Below are positions 54,571 to 63,966 of a stretch of 64,000 bases of DNA, piece by piece. The first letter of the stretch is position 1; every line of letters begins with the position of its first letter. Under the pieces are notes generated by a model. That model saw nothing but the letters and a program-made list of their open reading frames with translations, was not told where the DNA came from and did not search any database. Source of the DNA: an uncultured Candidatus Saccharibacteria bacterium. GTDB lineage: Bacteria; Patescibacteriota; Saccharimonadia; Saccharimonadales; UBA7683. Location: assembly GCA_964632215.1 (NCBI GenBank), contig CAZWBG010000002.1, positions 8,561 through 72,560 of the forward strand. Direction: 5' to 3'. A program made the translations under genes and the position numbers.

Positions 54571-55629
54571 ATGGAAACTAGCCAACAGAAACTACGAGAC
54601 GAATTTACCCAACTTACCGCAGAGCTTAGTTCTCCGGATGCATTTTCTGATCCTAAGATTGGTGAAAAGAATCGTCGCCACGCCGAGCTTGAAGAGATCA
54701 TCACAACACTAGACCAAAAGACGTTATTCGAAAAACAGCTCACTGAATCAAACGAAATACTGCGCGGCAATGACGCCGAACTCTCAGAGCTTGCAAAGCT
54801 AGAAATTCCCGAGCTCGAAGAAAAGATTACCGTGGCTGAAGAGAAACTAACCCAGCTGCTCACCCCAAAAGATCCTAATGATCATAAGAATGCCGTGATT
54901 GAAATTCGTGCTGGAGCTGGTGGTGACGAAGCTGGCCTCTTTGCTGCTGAACTACTTAGAATGTACCTACGTTACTGCGAAACACATAGCTTAAAAACTG
55001 AAATCATGAGCGAAAATACCAACGATTCTGGCGGCTACAAAGAAGTTATCTTTCTTGCCAAAGGTATGGACGCCTACAAACAGCTGAAGTTTGAAGGTGG
55101 GGTACACCGCGTACAGCGCGTACCCGCAACCGAAAGTCAGGGTCGCATTCATACCTCAACCGTAACTGTTGCTGTGATGCCCGAAGCTGAAGAAACTGAT
55201 ATCGATATTAAGGAAGCTGACTTAAAAGTAGACACCTACCGCGCCTCGGGTCATGGTGGCCAATCAGTCAACACGACCGATTCTGCCGTGCGCATCACCC
55301 ACTTGCCAAGTGGAATCGTCGTAACCAACCAAGACGAAAAGTCACAAATTAAAAATAAACTCAAAGCTATGAGCGTACTTCGTTCCCGACTATTACAGAA
55401 GCAAATTGACGAAGCCAATGCCGAGCTCTCCGCCCAGCGCAAAAGCCTTATTGGCTCTGGTGACCGCTCAGAAAAAATTAGAACTTATAACTTCCCACAA
55501 GACCGTATTACTGATCACCGTGTCAACTATTCTCGTTCTGGAATCCCTGCGGCGATGAACGGCGACATCGACGATTTAATTGAAAAACTCCAATCCTACG
55601 AATCCCAACTCGCCCGAGGAGATGGCTAA
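54571..55629 (+). CDS. prfA: Peptide chain release factor 1
   Basis: PAT tripeptide (RVPATESQGRIHTS) and GGQ (SGHGGQSVN). Confidence 0.95.
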   Translation: METSQQKLRDEFTQLTAELSSPDAFSDPKIGEKNRRHAELEEIITTLDQKTLFEKQLTESNEILRGNDAELSELAKLEIPELEEKITVAEEKLTQLLTPKDPNDHKNAVIEIRAGAGGDEAGLFAAELLRMYLRYCETHSLKTEIMSENTNDSGGYKEVIFLAKGMDAYKQLKFEGGVHRVQRVPATESQGRIHTSTVTVAVMPEAEETDIDIKEADLKVDTYRASGHGGQSVNTTDSAVRITHLPSGIVVTNQDEKSQIKNKLKAMSVLRSRLLQKQIDEANAELSAQRKSLIGSGDRSEKIRTYNFPQDRITDHRVNYSRSGIPAAMNGDIDDLIEKLQSYESQLARGDG

Positions 55630-56135
55630 TGGGGAAATATCTCATAGCTGGATCCCCTGGGTCTGGCAAGACAAGTGTTATTCGTGAACTCGAGAGACGT
55701 GGCTTCAGTGCTTATGACACAGATAGTCATCCTGGAGCGTCTAGACTGCAAGATAAGCAGGGTAACTTTGTGTCCTTTCCAGATGGTCATATCGATTGGG
55801 ACATATACGAGTGGAATTGGCAGAAAGATATAATCGAACAACTACTCTCTAGTGATTCGACCGTGTTCTTAGGTGGCATAACAACTAACGGCAAAGAAAT
55901 GTACGCTCTATTCGATAAAATATTTGTTTTGACACTCGATGACACAACACTTAAGGATAGAATCCTCAGTAGAACCGATAAAGACTGTGGCAAACACCCT
56001 GATCAACTCAAGGGTGAGATCGAGTACCGCCCGATACTACAAGCTGAGCTTCTTGAAGAACCCCAAGCAGTTGCAGTTAATGCCATGCAACCTATCAATA
56101 AGGTTGTTGACGAAATTCTAGAGGCAATTACATGA
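55629..56135 (+). CDS. P-loop NTPase / small nucleotide-kinase-like protein
   Basis: Walker A IAGSPGSGKTS at the N-terminus; 168 aa. TAATG overlap with prfA and ATGA overlap with the next gene. Confidence 0.65.
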   Translation: MGKYLIAGSPGSGKTSVIRELERRGFSAYDTDSHPGASRLQDKQGNFVSFPDGHIDWDIYEWNWQKDIIEQLLSSDSTVFLGGITTNGKEMYALFDKIFVLTLDDTTLKDRILSRTDKDCGKHPDQLKGEIEYRPILQAELLEEPQAVAVNAMQPINKVVDEILEAIT

Positions 56136-56923
56136 CACCGTATATTGCAAGTACTTCTAATCCGAAGATTAAGTGGGCAAAAAGTTTACATAAAAATAGT
56201 ACTCGTCGTGAAGAAGGTGTCTTCTTAGTAGAAGGTGCCAAAGAAATCGCTTATGCGCTCGATGGCGGCTACCTACCCCACACACTGTTTGTCTGCCCCG
56301 ATATCTATGGCGAGCAACCGCTCGAACAAAATGACGCTCAAATTTATACCATCTCTAAAGAATGCTTCGAGAAGATTGCCTACCGAACAAATTCAGATGG
56401 TCTACTAGCCGTATTTCATACCAAAAATCGATCACTTGATGCTCTAAATTTTGGCGAAGCACCCTTCTTCTTGATCGTAGAGTCAGTCGAGAAACCCGGT
56501 AATCTTGGGGCGATTATCCGCACCGCTGATGGTGCTGGTGCAGATGGAGTTATTATTTGTGACGAACGAACCGATATCTTTAACCCCAATGTTATACGCT
56601 CTAGTGTTGGTACGATCTTCTCACAACAAGTAGTCACTGCTAGCAATGAAGAAGTTTACGACTTTTTAGAAAAACATGAGATTGCAGCTTATGGCGCCCT
56701 ACTCTCTAGCGAATCACGCCTCTACACCCAGGTGGATCTTTCACTACCCTGCGCGATTGTACTTGGTACCGAGCACGAGGGTCTTAGCAAATTCTGGCAA
56801 GAACGCTCACAGCCCATTATTATCCCAATGCGTGGCAGTAATGATTCACTTAATGTTAGTAACGCCGCAGCCGTATTGGCTTATGAAGTTGTTCGGCAAC
56901 GCAGACTCGCAGATAATGAGTAA
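56132..56923 (+). CDS. SpoU/TrmH-family RNA 2'-O-methyltransferase (RlmB/TrmH-like)
   Basis: VEKPGNLGAIIRTADGAGADGVI, IVLGTEHEGLS and IPMRGSNDSLNVSNAAAVLAYE. Confidence 0.85.
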   Translation: MTPYIASTSNPKIKWAKSLHKNSTRREEGVFLVEGAKEIAYALDGGYLPHTLFVCPDIYGEQPLEQNDAQIYTISKECFEKIAYRTNSDGLLAVFHTKNRSLDALNFGEAPFFLIVESVEKPGNLGAIIRTADGAGADGVIICDERTDIFNPNVIRSSVGTIFSQQVVTASNEEVYDFLEKHEIAAYGALLSSESRLYTQVDLSLPCAIVLGTEHEGLSKFWQERSQPIIIPMRGSNDSLNVSNAAAVLAYEVVRQRRLADNE

Positions 56924-56929
56924 AACGTA

Positions 56930-57832
56930 GTGAAGAATATGGCTGTAAAGGACCCAGCTGAGCCAACCATAGCTTCTTGGCTAAGTGAGAGTACAGCTAA
57001 ACTCAAGAGTGCAGATATCGCCTCTGCTCGGCTTGACTGCCTACTTTTGCTTGAAGACGTACTGCAAAAAGATCGAAGCTGGATACTAGCTCACGATATA
57101 GCTAATATAGGTACTATCGATCTGTTAGAACTGAATACTAAAATTGTTCAAAGAGCATCCCGCATACCTCTCGCCTACATAAGAAATCAGCAAGAATTCT
57201 ACGGACGTAGCTTTTATGTAGACGAACATGTACTAATCCCCCGTCCGGAAAGCGAAGCTATTATCACGCTGCTGCGCGAACTAATGAATAGCAGTAAGTG
57301 GATAGCGAATAATCAAACTGTAGACCAACCCACTACACACCCACCCGAACTTACTCTGCTAGATATCGGAACTGGCTCCGGATGCCTGGCCATAACTGCC
57401 AAGCTCGAAATCCCCACCGCCAATGTACTGGCAACCGATATCTCTTCTGATGCCCTGAAAGTGGCAGGGGGGAATGCCGAAACTTATCAGGCTGATATAC
57501 AATTCATCGAAGCTGATCTCTTTTCTATACCTCATTCACCGCTCATCACTGTAGTCATCGCTAATCTGCCCTACGTGCCAGAGAAACTCATCACTTCTGC
57601 GGAAATCACCAAAGAACCCGCCTTAGCGCTTTTTTCAGGAGAAGACGGTATGAATCACTACCAGCGGCTTTGGCAGCAACTGAGTGTCGCAGAACACGCC
57701 CCACGCTATGTTATTACCGAAAGTCTTGAGCAGCAACATCAGCAAATGGCCCACCGGGCCACGCTTGCGGGCTACCAACTCATTAAGACCGACACCTTGG
57801 CTCAATTGTTCGCTATTGCATCTGGAAAGTAA
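56930..57832 (+). CDS. prmC: Release-factor glutamine N5-methyltransferase PrmC/HemK
   Basis: VLIPRPESE, LLDIGTGSGCLAI and ANLPYVP (an NPPY variant). The start is the GTG at 56930 or the ATG at 56939. Confidence 0.85.
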   Translation: MKNMAVKDPAEPTIASWLSESTAKLKSADIASARLDCLLLLEDVLQKDRSWILAHDIANIGTIDLLELNTKIVQRASRIPLAYIRNQQEFYGRSFYVDEHVLIPRPESEAIITLLRELMNSSKWIANNQTVDQPTTHPPELTLLDIGTGSGCLAITAKLEIPTANVLATDISSDALKVAGGNAETYQADIQFIEADLFSIPHSPLITVVIANLPYVPEKLITSAEITKEPALALFSGEDGMNHYQRLWQQLSVAEHAPRYVITESLEQQHQQMAHRATLAGYQLIKTDTLAQLFAIASGK

Positions 57833-57841
57833 GATTACTAA

Positions 57842-58618
57842 CTATAATTCTGCAGACCAGCTACTCGTCACGAGAACTACTAGCAGTAAAGCTGCACTAA
57901 AGAGCACGTTTTCGAGTACTGCACCACGGTGTTTGAGCTTATCAACCTTATACGCATGGTAAAGAGCACCGGCAGATCCAGACATAATGCCAGCTACAAG
58001 CGCTACACTCGCGATACGAGTGTCAAACACCACATAATACTGCAGCCAGTGCAGGCTCATCCAGGCGAGTTGGCTGATAATAAAAGCCCAGGCGAGACTG
58101 AGCGAACGATAATGTGGCTCTTCATAATTACTAAAGAAGTGCCGTGCACTAGCCCAGCTCACAATCCAAACGAGCGCTACTACCAACAGGGGCGTTCTAA
58201 CGATACTCGAGATCGTAAAGATTGTTACCAAGCCCAAGAACTGGGCACAAAAAGCCTGCAAACCAACCCAAAGTTCGTTCGTTCGTGGCTTCAAGAAAAG
58301 GAGCCACCCCACGTATAAAGCTGCCCATAGAATACCGACCCATGTGTGTTCAGCCTGTTGTATGAGGCTCACGATACTAATACCGACAATAATATCTACT
58401 AAATTAGCTTTTAAGTTCGGAATCCAAAAACGTGGCTGCACTGCTAGGATACGCCATTTACTCAAAATTACGAGCAGAACCGCAAGTGGTACAAGGTGCC
58501 AGTAGACAACCATCATGTAAAGAACCGTGGCAAACAGCACGTTCACACCGATATGAAGAATATCTCCAACATCAAACCCAGGCTTCTTTCCCCAAAAACT
58601 CTTTTTTGCTTGTAACAT
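57842..58618 (-). CDS. Hypothetical polytopic membrane protein (258 aa)
   Basis: ORF track; about 7 hydrophobic segments. Confidence 0.6.
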   Translation of the reverse strand: MLQAKKSFWGKKPGFDVGDILHIGVNVLFATVLYMMVVYWHLVPLAVLLVILSKWRILAVQPRFWIPNLKANLVDIIVGISIVSLIQQAEHTWVGILWAALYVGWLLFLKPRTNELWVGLQAFCAQFLGLVTIFTISSIVRTPLLVVALVWIVSWASARHFFSNYEEPHYRSLSLAWAFIISQLAWMSLHWLQYYVVFDTRIASVALVAGIMSGSAGALYHAYKVDKLKHRGAVLENVLFSAALLLVVLVTSSWSAEL

Positions 58619-58655
58619 ATGTAGGCTTTATTATAGCACCCAACCGAAAATGATA

Positions 58656-60329
58656 CTACTGTGAGGCGGTGACTTGTTTACCAATGATAACCACAAAATC
58701 AACCTGGTAATTTTTAGCTTCCGGGTACGCAGTCGCATCAGTAATAGCCGATACCCCAAATTGTTTCTCGAGGAACTCTTTGGTACTATTTTTTTGGCCA
58801 CTCGTCAGATCAACTACAACTGCTACAGATGAATCCGGCGCATTTCCCACCTTCGTAACATCTAGACCCTTGGCAATAAGTTCGTCAGCCCGTTTCTGGG
58901 CTTGACCAATTACGCCACTACCGTTAAGTACCGCAACCGTGGCCGCCTCGCGCACGAGTGGATCAGTACTCGTTAACTTCTTGAAGAAGAGTTTGATCTG
59001 ATTAAAATTATTGATGCCCGCAGTAGGTATAACGACACTCTGCCCATTATACATATCTGTTGTGACCAAATTAACTTCATCGCCAGCCAGGTCAATTGAT
59101 TGAATATCTTGGCTCTTCACGAGCTTACTAATCTCATACAGACGACGTAGTTCGTTCGTTTGAAAGTTAGTTTGAACGTTATTACCTGCAGCATCCAACA
59201 GGTCACCTAGCTTAGTAGGATTAGAAAGCACACCAATACTTAGAGCCTTGTCTTTAAGGGCAATCAGCATCGCTCGCTGGTATGTTGTACGGTCAAAATC
59301 ACCACGCCCCATACCGTAGCCACCCGCAGAGTTACGTGAACGAGCAAGTGCAAGAGCCGTAAGACCATTAAGTTGTTGCGGGCCATTTTGCAGCTTCAGC
59401 GGTCCACCATCTTTCTTTTGAATATTTGGGTCGTAGACACCACGGGGATCGTCGCTTGTCACCGTGATATCAATACCACCGACCGCATCCACTGCATCTT
59501 TGAAAGCCGTGTAGTTAAGTTTGCCATAGTACTGAATTGGCATACCAAAATTTTCGCTCACAAGTTTAGAGAGCAGGCCCATACCACCTTCAGGATATCC
59601 ATCTTCTTTAAAGTTAGTCTCGTTTCCGCACTGGAAGGCAGCGTTAATCTTTCCTTCGTAACCGCTTGGGCAGGCACGACCATACTTCACCCATAAATCA
59701 CGAGGAATACTAACAGTGAAGGCTGTATTATTTTTAGTATCAATACTGGCAAGCATGATTGAATCAGTCAGATCGGCACCACCGTGATCCGGGCCGTCAT
59801 CTTCAGATGTACCGGCTAGTAAAATGTTAACTCGCCCCTCGTCTTCACCCCGTAGCTGGGTGCTATCGAAGAAGCCCAGCACGCTACCGTTGAAAACTTT
59901 ACTTGCGTTCGTGAGGGCCTTCCAGCCTAAAAAACCACCCAAGAGTACTACGAGCAATAATATCCCCAGCAGCGTTCTCTTAATAATCTTTTTTCGTCGA
60001 GATTGAGGCTGTTTGTTTTTCTGTGCACGTTTTTTACGGAATTGCCAAAAACGTGGCTTGGTGGTCTTATGCCTAGAAGAATCCTCAAAATCTAGTGATT
60101 CAGCAACAAGCTCATCTCGGCCTATGGTAAGTGTCTGGTTGTCGTCTGTCCAACGTTCGTGAAATTCAATCCCCTCCTGAGGATTCGCAGGTTTTGGGGC
60201 TTCAGATACCTTGCGTTGCCGTGGACGCATACTATCCATAGAAACCCGCTTAGAAGTAGTCCGGCGCGGCTGCCTCGGTATGAAGCCATCCATACTATAG
60301 CCTTGTGATTTACGTTTTCTTTGCTGCAT
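58656..60329 (-). CDS. LytR-CpsA-Psr (LCP) family cell-envelope phosphotransferase with a C-terminal LytR_C-like domain
   Basis: Basic cytoplasmic N-terminus, one TM segment, and the LCP core NILLAGTSED...DSIMLASID...SIPRDLWV. Confidence 0.85.
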   Translation of the reverse strand: MQQRKRKSQGYSMDGFIPRQPRRTTSKRVSMDSMRPRQRKVSEAPKPANPQEGIEFHERWTDDNQTLTIGRDELVAESLDFEDSSRHKTTKPRFWQFRKKRAQKNKQPQSRRKKIIKRTLLGILLLVVLLGGFLGWKALTNASKVFNGSVLGFFDSTQLRGEDEGRVNILLAGTSEDDGPDHGGADLTDSIMLASIDTKNNTAFTVSIPRDLWVKYGRACPSGYEGKINAAFQCGNETNFKEDGYPEGGMGLLSKLVSENFGMPIQYYGKLNYTAFKDAVDAVGGIDITVTSDDPRGVYDPNIQKKDGGPLKLQNGPQQLNGLTALALARSRNSAGGYGMGRGDFDRTTYQRAMLIALKDKALSIGVLSNPTKLGDLLDAAGNNVQTNFQTNELRRLYEISKLVKSQDIQSIDLAGDEVNLVTTDMYNGQSVVIPTAGINNFNQIKLFFKKLTSTDPLVREAATVAVLNGSGVIGQAQKRADELIAKGLDVTKVGNAPDSSVAVVVDLTSGQKNSTKEFLEKQFGVSAITDATAYPEAKNYQVDFVVIIGKQVTASQ

Positions 60330-60397
60330 AAAATACTCATGCAGTATACCGTTTTTGCTTTACGCGGTAAAGTCGTGCTTTTACAAGCCATAACTGG

Positions 60398-60412
60398 TAT
60401 AATGAGCTCGAT
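60398..60412 (+). promoter_or_regulatory. Extended -10 promoter element for lepB
   Basis: TGGTATAAT, with TATAAT at 60398-60403, then 9 nt to the ATG at 60413. The -35 is poor. Confidence 0.4.
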
Positions 60413-61063
60413 ATGAATCCACAACAACAGATCAGCCCTGTGCCGACGGGATCAAATACACCCTTGTCTCAGCCGCCTCCTTCGCCCCAGATGAAGCCAG
60501 CCAAAAAAGAGGGTGGGATCATTTCTTTTCTTATCACTCTCTTTATTGCTTTTATACTTGTTCAGATGATCAACATCTTCTTATTTCAGTCATACAAAGT
60601 TTTTGGCAGCAGTATGTACCCTACCCTGCACGATGGCGACCGCTTAATTATCTCTAAAGTTGGTAAAACGGCCGCTAGCATCATGAGACACGACTACCAA
60701 CCCGAGAGGGGTGATGTTATCGTTTTCACGAATCCCCGACAAAAAGATATCCAACTCATCAAACGCGTCGTAGGCCTACCTGGTGACCGTGTCGTTGTAG
60801 AAAACGGCACTATCACAGTTTACAATCAAGAAAACCCTGATGGGTTTAAGCCAGACGATGCCCCGTATGGCAAAGATCTACCAGCTACTACTGGCAAAGC
60901 TGATATCACCGTACCAGAAAACCATGTATTTGTCAGTGGTGACAATCGTATTGGTAGCAATTCACTCGATTCACGTAACGAACTTGGCACCGTACCAGAA
61001 GAAAATATCATAGGCACACTCGCCGTACGACTCTGGCCATTTGATAGCGCCCGTTTCTTTTAG
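60413..61063 (+). CDS. lepB: Signal peptidase I
   Basis: GSSMYPTL (catalytic Ser), RGDVIVF, IKRVVGLPGD (catalytic Lys), GDNRIGSNSLDSR. Confidence 0.93.
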   Translation: MNPQQQISPVPTGSNTPLSQPPPSPQMKPAKKEGGIISFLITLFIAFILVQMINIFLFQSYKVFGSSMYPTLHDGDRLIISKVGKTAASIMRHDYQPERGDVIVFTNPRQKDIQLIKRVVGLPGDRVVVENGTITVYNQENPDGFKPDDAPYGKDLPATTGKADITVPENHVFVSGDNRIGSNSLDSRNELGTVPEENIIGTLAVRLWPFDSARFF

Positions 61064-61078
61064 TCAATTACGCGTTCA

Positions 61079-61945
61079 CTAGTCAAGCAACTTTTGAGCA
61101 ATATCTTCTAGATGTTTCTCGTCTTTGAAGTTAATCAGTATCTGTCCACCTTTGGCCATATGACGGACCCGCACGCTCGTATCAAGATACTTTGCAAGCT
61201 GTTTCGTTTCTTTGGTTTCATTTTTAGTTCTCTGCAGAGCTTGTTGGGATTGCTCGTCCTTATGCTGCTGCTTATGGCCAACTACATACTGTTCTGCTTG
61301 GCGTACCGTCCAGTGGTTTTTAATGATCAACCTTAGTAGCGTCAACTGGTCTTCCTCGTCTTTAAGGGCAATAATCTGCCTTGCATGGCCCTCGCTAATC
61401 AAACCCTCGTGCAGCGCCTCTTTGGCCTTAAGCGGTAGTTTGAGCAAACGAACAATATTATTAATAGCGCTGGTACTTTTTCCAACTTTTTCTGAAATCT
61501 GCTCATAGCTGAGATTAAACTGCGTATGAAGCGCCAAGTAAGCGGATGCTAGGTCTAATACGGTTAAATCTTGGCGTTGAATGTTCTCGATCAAAGCAAC
61601 TTCTAATTTTTGTTGCTCGCCAAAAGAGCGCACAATGGCTGGCACAGTTTGTAAGCTAGCAATCTCTGCAGCCCGATAGCGTCTTTCACCGGCGATGATA
61701 ATGTACTTCGAGCCATTCTTGGCCACAATTAACGGCTGAATAATGCCGTGTTCACGAATAGAAGCAGCGAGTTCATTGAGTGATTCTGCCTCAAAATGCT
61801 TGCGGGGTTGTTGCGGATTAGGCTGTAGGCTTTTTAGCGCAATATTTTGCACGCTATCTTCAGATACCCCAACCGCTAAAGCTTCTGAGAGCATATCATC
61901 AGATATAAGTGCCGAAAAATCCTTACCCAAGCCTTTAGCACTCAT
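61079..61945 (-). CDS. parB: Chromosome partitioning protein ParB/Spo0J
   Basis: KGLGKDFSALI, QPRKHF, GIIQPLIV, IIAGERRYRAA, and an HTH region. Confidence 0.93.
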   Translation of the reverse strand: MSAKGLGKDFSALISDDMLSEALAVGVSEDSVQNIALKSLQPNPQQPRKHFEAESLNELAASIREHGIIQPLIVAKNGSKYIIIAGERRYRAAEIASLQTVPAIVRSFGEQQKLEVALIENIQRQDLTVLDLASAYLALHTQFNLSYEQISEKVGKSTSAINNIVRLLKLPLKAKEALHEGLISEGHARQIIALKDEEDQLTLLRLIIKNHWTVRQAEQYVVGHKQQHKDEQSQQALQRTKNETKETKQLAKYLDTSVRVRHMAKGGQILINFKDEKHLEDIAQKLLD

Positions 61946-61986
61946 GATTTTGCTCCTTGTTTACTATTTGATAATTTGCGGTTTTT

Positions 61987-62014
61987 CCATACTACATATT
62001 CCATACTACATATT
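61987..62014. repeat. Perfect tandem duplication of a 14-mer in the parA-parB intergenic spacer
   Basis: CCATACTACATATT at 61987-62000 and again at 62001-62014. Confidence 0.9.
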
Positions 62015-62027
62015 CCTTCTTGGACGA

Positions 62028-62780
62028 CTACGAAAGCCGATCAAGAACCTCCTTGCTGAGCTGCTTGTAAGCCCGAGCGCCCTTACTCCACTTGTCGAAC
62101 TCACCGACTGGCTTACCATGGCTCGGAGCTTCAGCTACTCGAATATTACGCGGGACGGCTGTTTCAAATAGACGGTCGCCGAAGTGCTGCCGCAGCTGAG
62201 ACTCAACTTGAGCAGAAAGTGTAGTGCGAGTATTGTGCATTGTCATAACTATGCCCAGTATACCTAAGTGCGGGTTCAATGCCGAACGCACCAGCTTCAT
62301 AGTCTCAAGCAACTGGCTAAGGCCTTCTAGAGCGTAATACTCAGTTTGTACGGGTATAACCACAGACTGCGCAGCCGTCAGAGCATTGACCGTGAGCAAG
62401 CCTAGGCTTGGCGGGCAGTCGATCAACACAATGTCATATGGAGCGTCTACTAGGGCTTTTTTAAGGCGTAAGGCCCTGTCTTTAACGGTTGCTGCTTCAA
62501 CTTCAAACGTCGCCAGCTGAGAATCGGTCGAAACTATCGAAAGGTTTTTATACGGTGTTTCTTTGACTACTGCAGCTAGTTCGATTTTGCCCGTTAGCAC
62601 TTCACGGATATTCAAGCCAGTTTTTGCAACCCCTAAACCACTCGTGGCATTACCCTGTGGATCCAGATCAATCAAAAGGACATTCTTGCCAAGCTTAGCA
62701 AGCTGATAGCCAACATTTACTACTGTAGTAGTTTTGCCAACTCCCCCTTTTTGATTGGTAACTGCAATGACTTGAGCCAT
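62028..62780 (-). CDS. parA: Chromosome partitioning ATPase ParA/Soj
   Basis: IAVTNQKGGVGKTTT deviant Walker A. Start at the ATG at 62780 (MAQVIAV); the ORF-track TTG at 62801 would include the GGAGG Shine-Dalgarno. Confidence 0.93.
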   Translation of the reverse strand: MAQVIAVTNQKGGVGKTTTVVNVGYQLAKLGKNVLLIDLDPQGNATSGLGVAKTGLNIREVLTGKIELAAVVKETPYKNLSIVSTDSQLATFEVEAATVKDRALRLKKALVDAPYDIVLIDCPPSLGLLTVNALTAAQSVVIPVQTEYYALEGLSQLLETMKLVRSALNPHLGILGIVMTMHNTRTTLSAQVESQLRQHFGDRLFETAVPRNIRVAEAPSHGKPVGEFDKWSKGARAYKQLSKEVLDRLS

Positions 62781-62945
62781 AGTTTTGTATTTTTCCTCCA
62801 AAGCTTATGTCTTTTAGTATAACTCGTATCTCTCAAACCTTCCATACTCATTCGCTAGATAAACACCCCTTACGCTCGTCATTACGATACATATGAGGAT
62901 CTGGTTAACTGAAGGGTCTACTCTGCCTAACCCAGGTAGTTAAAC

Positions 62946-62974
62946 TTGATATTTTAACAACAATGTGCTATAAT
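62946..62974 (+). promoter_or_regulatory. Near-consensus sigma70-type promoter with extended -10
   Basis: TTGATA (62946-62951), 17-nt spacer, TGC-TATAAT (TATAAT at 62969-62974). About 160 nt upstream of the ATG at 63136. Confidence 0.65.
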
Positions 62975-63017
62975 GAGAGAGTACCTTAACAGTAAGAGTA
63001 CTACATATGAAACAGAT

Positions 63018-63070
63018 GAGAACGGCATTTTGCACCTAAAATGTCTTTTTTGGTATAAAATGCCGTTCTC
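63018..63070 (+). other. 14-bp perfect inverted repeat (long hairpin) within the leader of the 63136 ORF
   Basis: gagaacggcatttt (63018-63031) and aaaatgccgttctc (63057-63070), separated by a 25-nt loop. Confidence 0.7.
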
Positions 63071-63135
63071 AAAAATGAGCTACACACGGGAAAGACCCGT
63101 AAGTAGCGTGCGGCAGTTAAAGGAAGGTACGTCTC

Positions 63136-63966
63136 ATGACACGCCTTTTTGATACCTCTCTGGGGCAGGTGGAGCAATTCCACCGCACTCTGGCTGAGGC
63201 TGGCTTCACAGCCGAAAAAGTCGCTGAGATTAATCGCAATCCCGAACTGGCTCGCCAGTGGGTAGCTAGCCTCGACAAGAGCTATCAGACATCGCCGATC
63301 CATCCAACGGACTGGTACACCACCCCAACCAATCAGGTAGCCAAAATGTTCAGCCTGATCCATTCCCACCCCGGATGGGGCTTCACCACAGCGGACATTC
63401 CGGTTGTACCGGATGACTTCGTTCCGGCGACGCCGACTGAGGTGTTGCTACTGGTTGCCGAGCTGCCCAAAAAGGGTAGGCTGGGGAGTATCCAGCATAC
63501 CTTTGACGAAGCATGGAGCCTGATTCAGGTTCCAGCCAACCACCAGCCGAACTGGCGCTGGCCCGACCTTGAGTCGGACGCCAAGCATCTACGGTTGGTG
63601 TCCGGTAGGCAGTCCAAGCCAGGACTGCATTGGATTGGATTCGATCCGTTTGCCAACTGGGAACCCCAGGACGGTCGGCGGGTCAAAGATCTGTGGCAAC
63701 ATGAAGATATCGCTGCCACCCTGGCGGCATCTGAAGCCCTGTGGGCTGCGGTCATGTTTCCAGACCTGGTTACTGGCATGGATGGGAAGAAGATTCCATT
63801 CTGGGATCTCGGTGGCTACCAGTTTAACTGGGATGGCGCCGACGAACCGTGGGCGCACTGCCCTTCCCTCGCCCGGTGGGCCGGTGACCATCAGGTGCGA
63901 CTGCATGCCCCTTGGGCGGACTACCTGCGTGTCGACTTGGCGGCTCCGTCTGTCCGGGAGTTGTAG
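63136..63966 (+). CDS. Hypothetical protein (276 aa), compositionally atypical (visibly higher G+C)
   Basis: ORF track, with an AAGGAAGG Shine-Dalgarno upstream. It is the longest ORF in a region where several overlapping ORFs appear on both strands, as expected for GC-rich DNA. No family recognised. Confidence 0.6.
   Translation: MTRLFDTSLGQVEQFHRTLAEAGFTAEKVAEINRNPELARQWVASLDKSYQTSPIHPTDWYTTPTNQVAKMFSLIHSHPGWGFTTADIPVVPDDFVPATPTEVLLLVAELPKKGRLGSIQHTFDEAWSLIQVPANHQPNWRWPDLESDAKHLRLVSGRQSKPGLHWIGFDPFANWEPQDGRRVKDLWQHEDIAATLAASEALWAAVMFPDLVTGMDGKKIPFWDLGGYQFNWDGADEPWAHCPSLARWAGDHQVRLHAPWADYLRVDLAAPSVREL

Noticed and set aside
54199-54863. Two minus-strand ORFs (54199..54585 and 54531..54863), plus a +2-frame ORF at 54257..54514, over the rpmE tail and the prfA 5' end.
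   Set aside because: They are products of the repetitive AAG/GAA-rich sequence encoding the Lys/Glu-rich L31 tail. rpmE and prfA are unambiguous.
62802-63135. oriC / DnaA-box cluster or parS site upstream of parA.
   Set aside because: No 9-mer is close to TTATCCACA; the best I saw was about 6/9. No TGTTNCACGTGAAACA-like palindrome is present. A promoter plus structured leader explains the region better.
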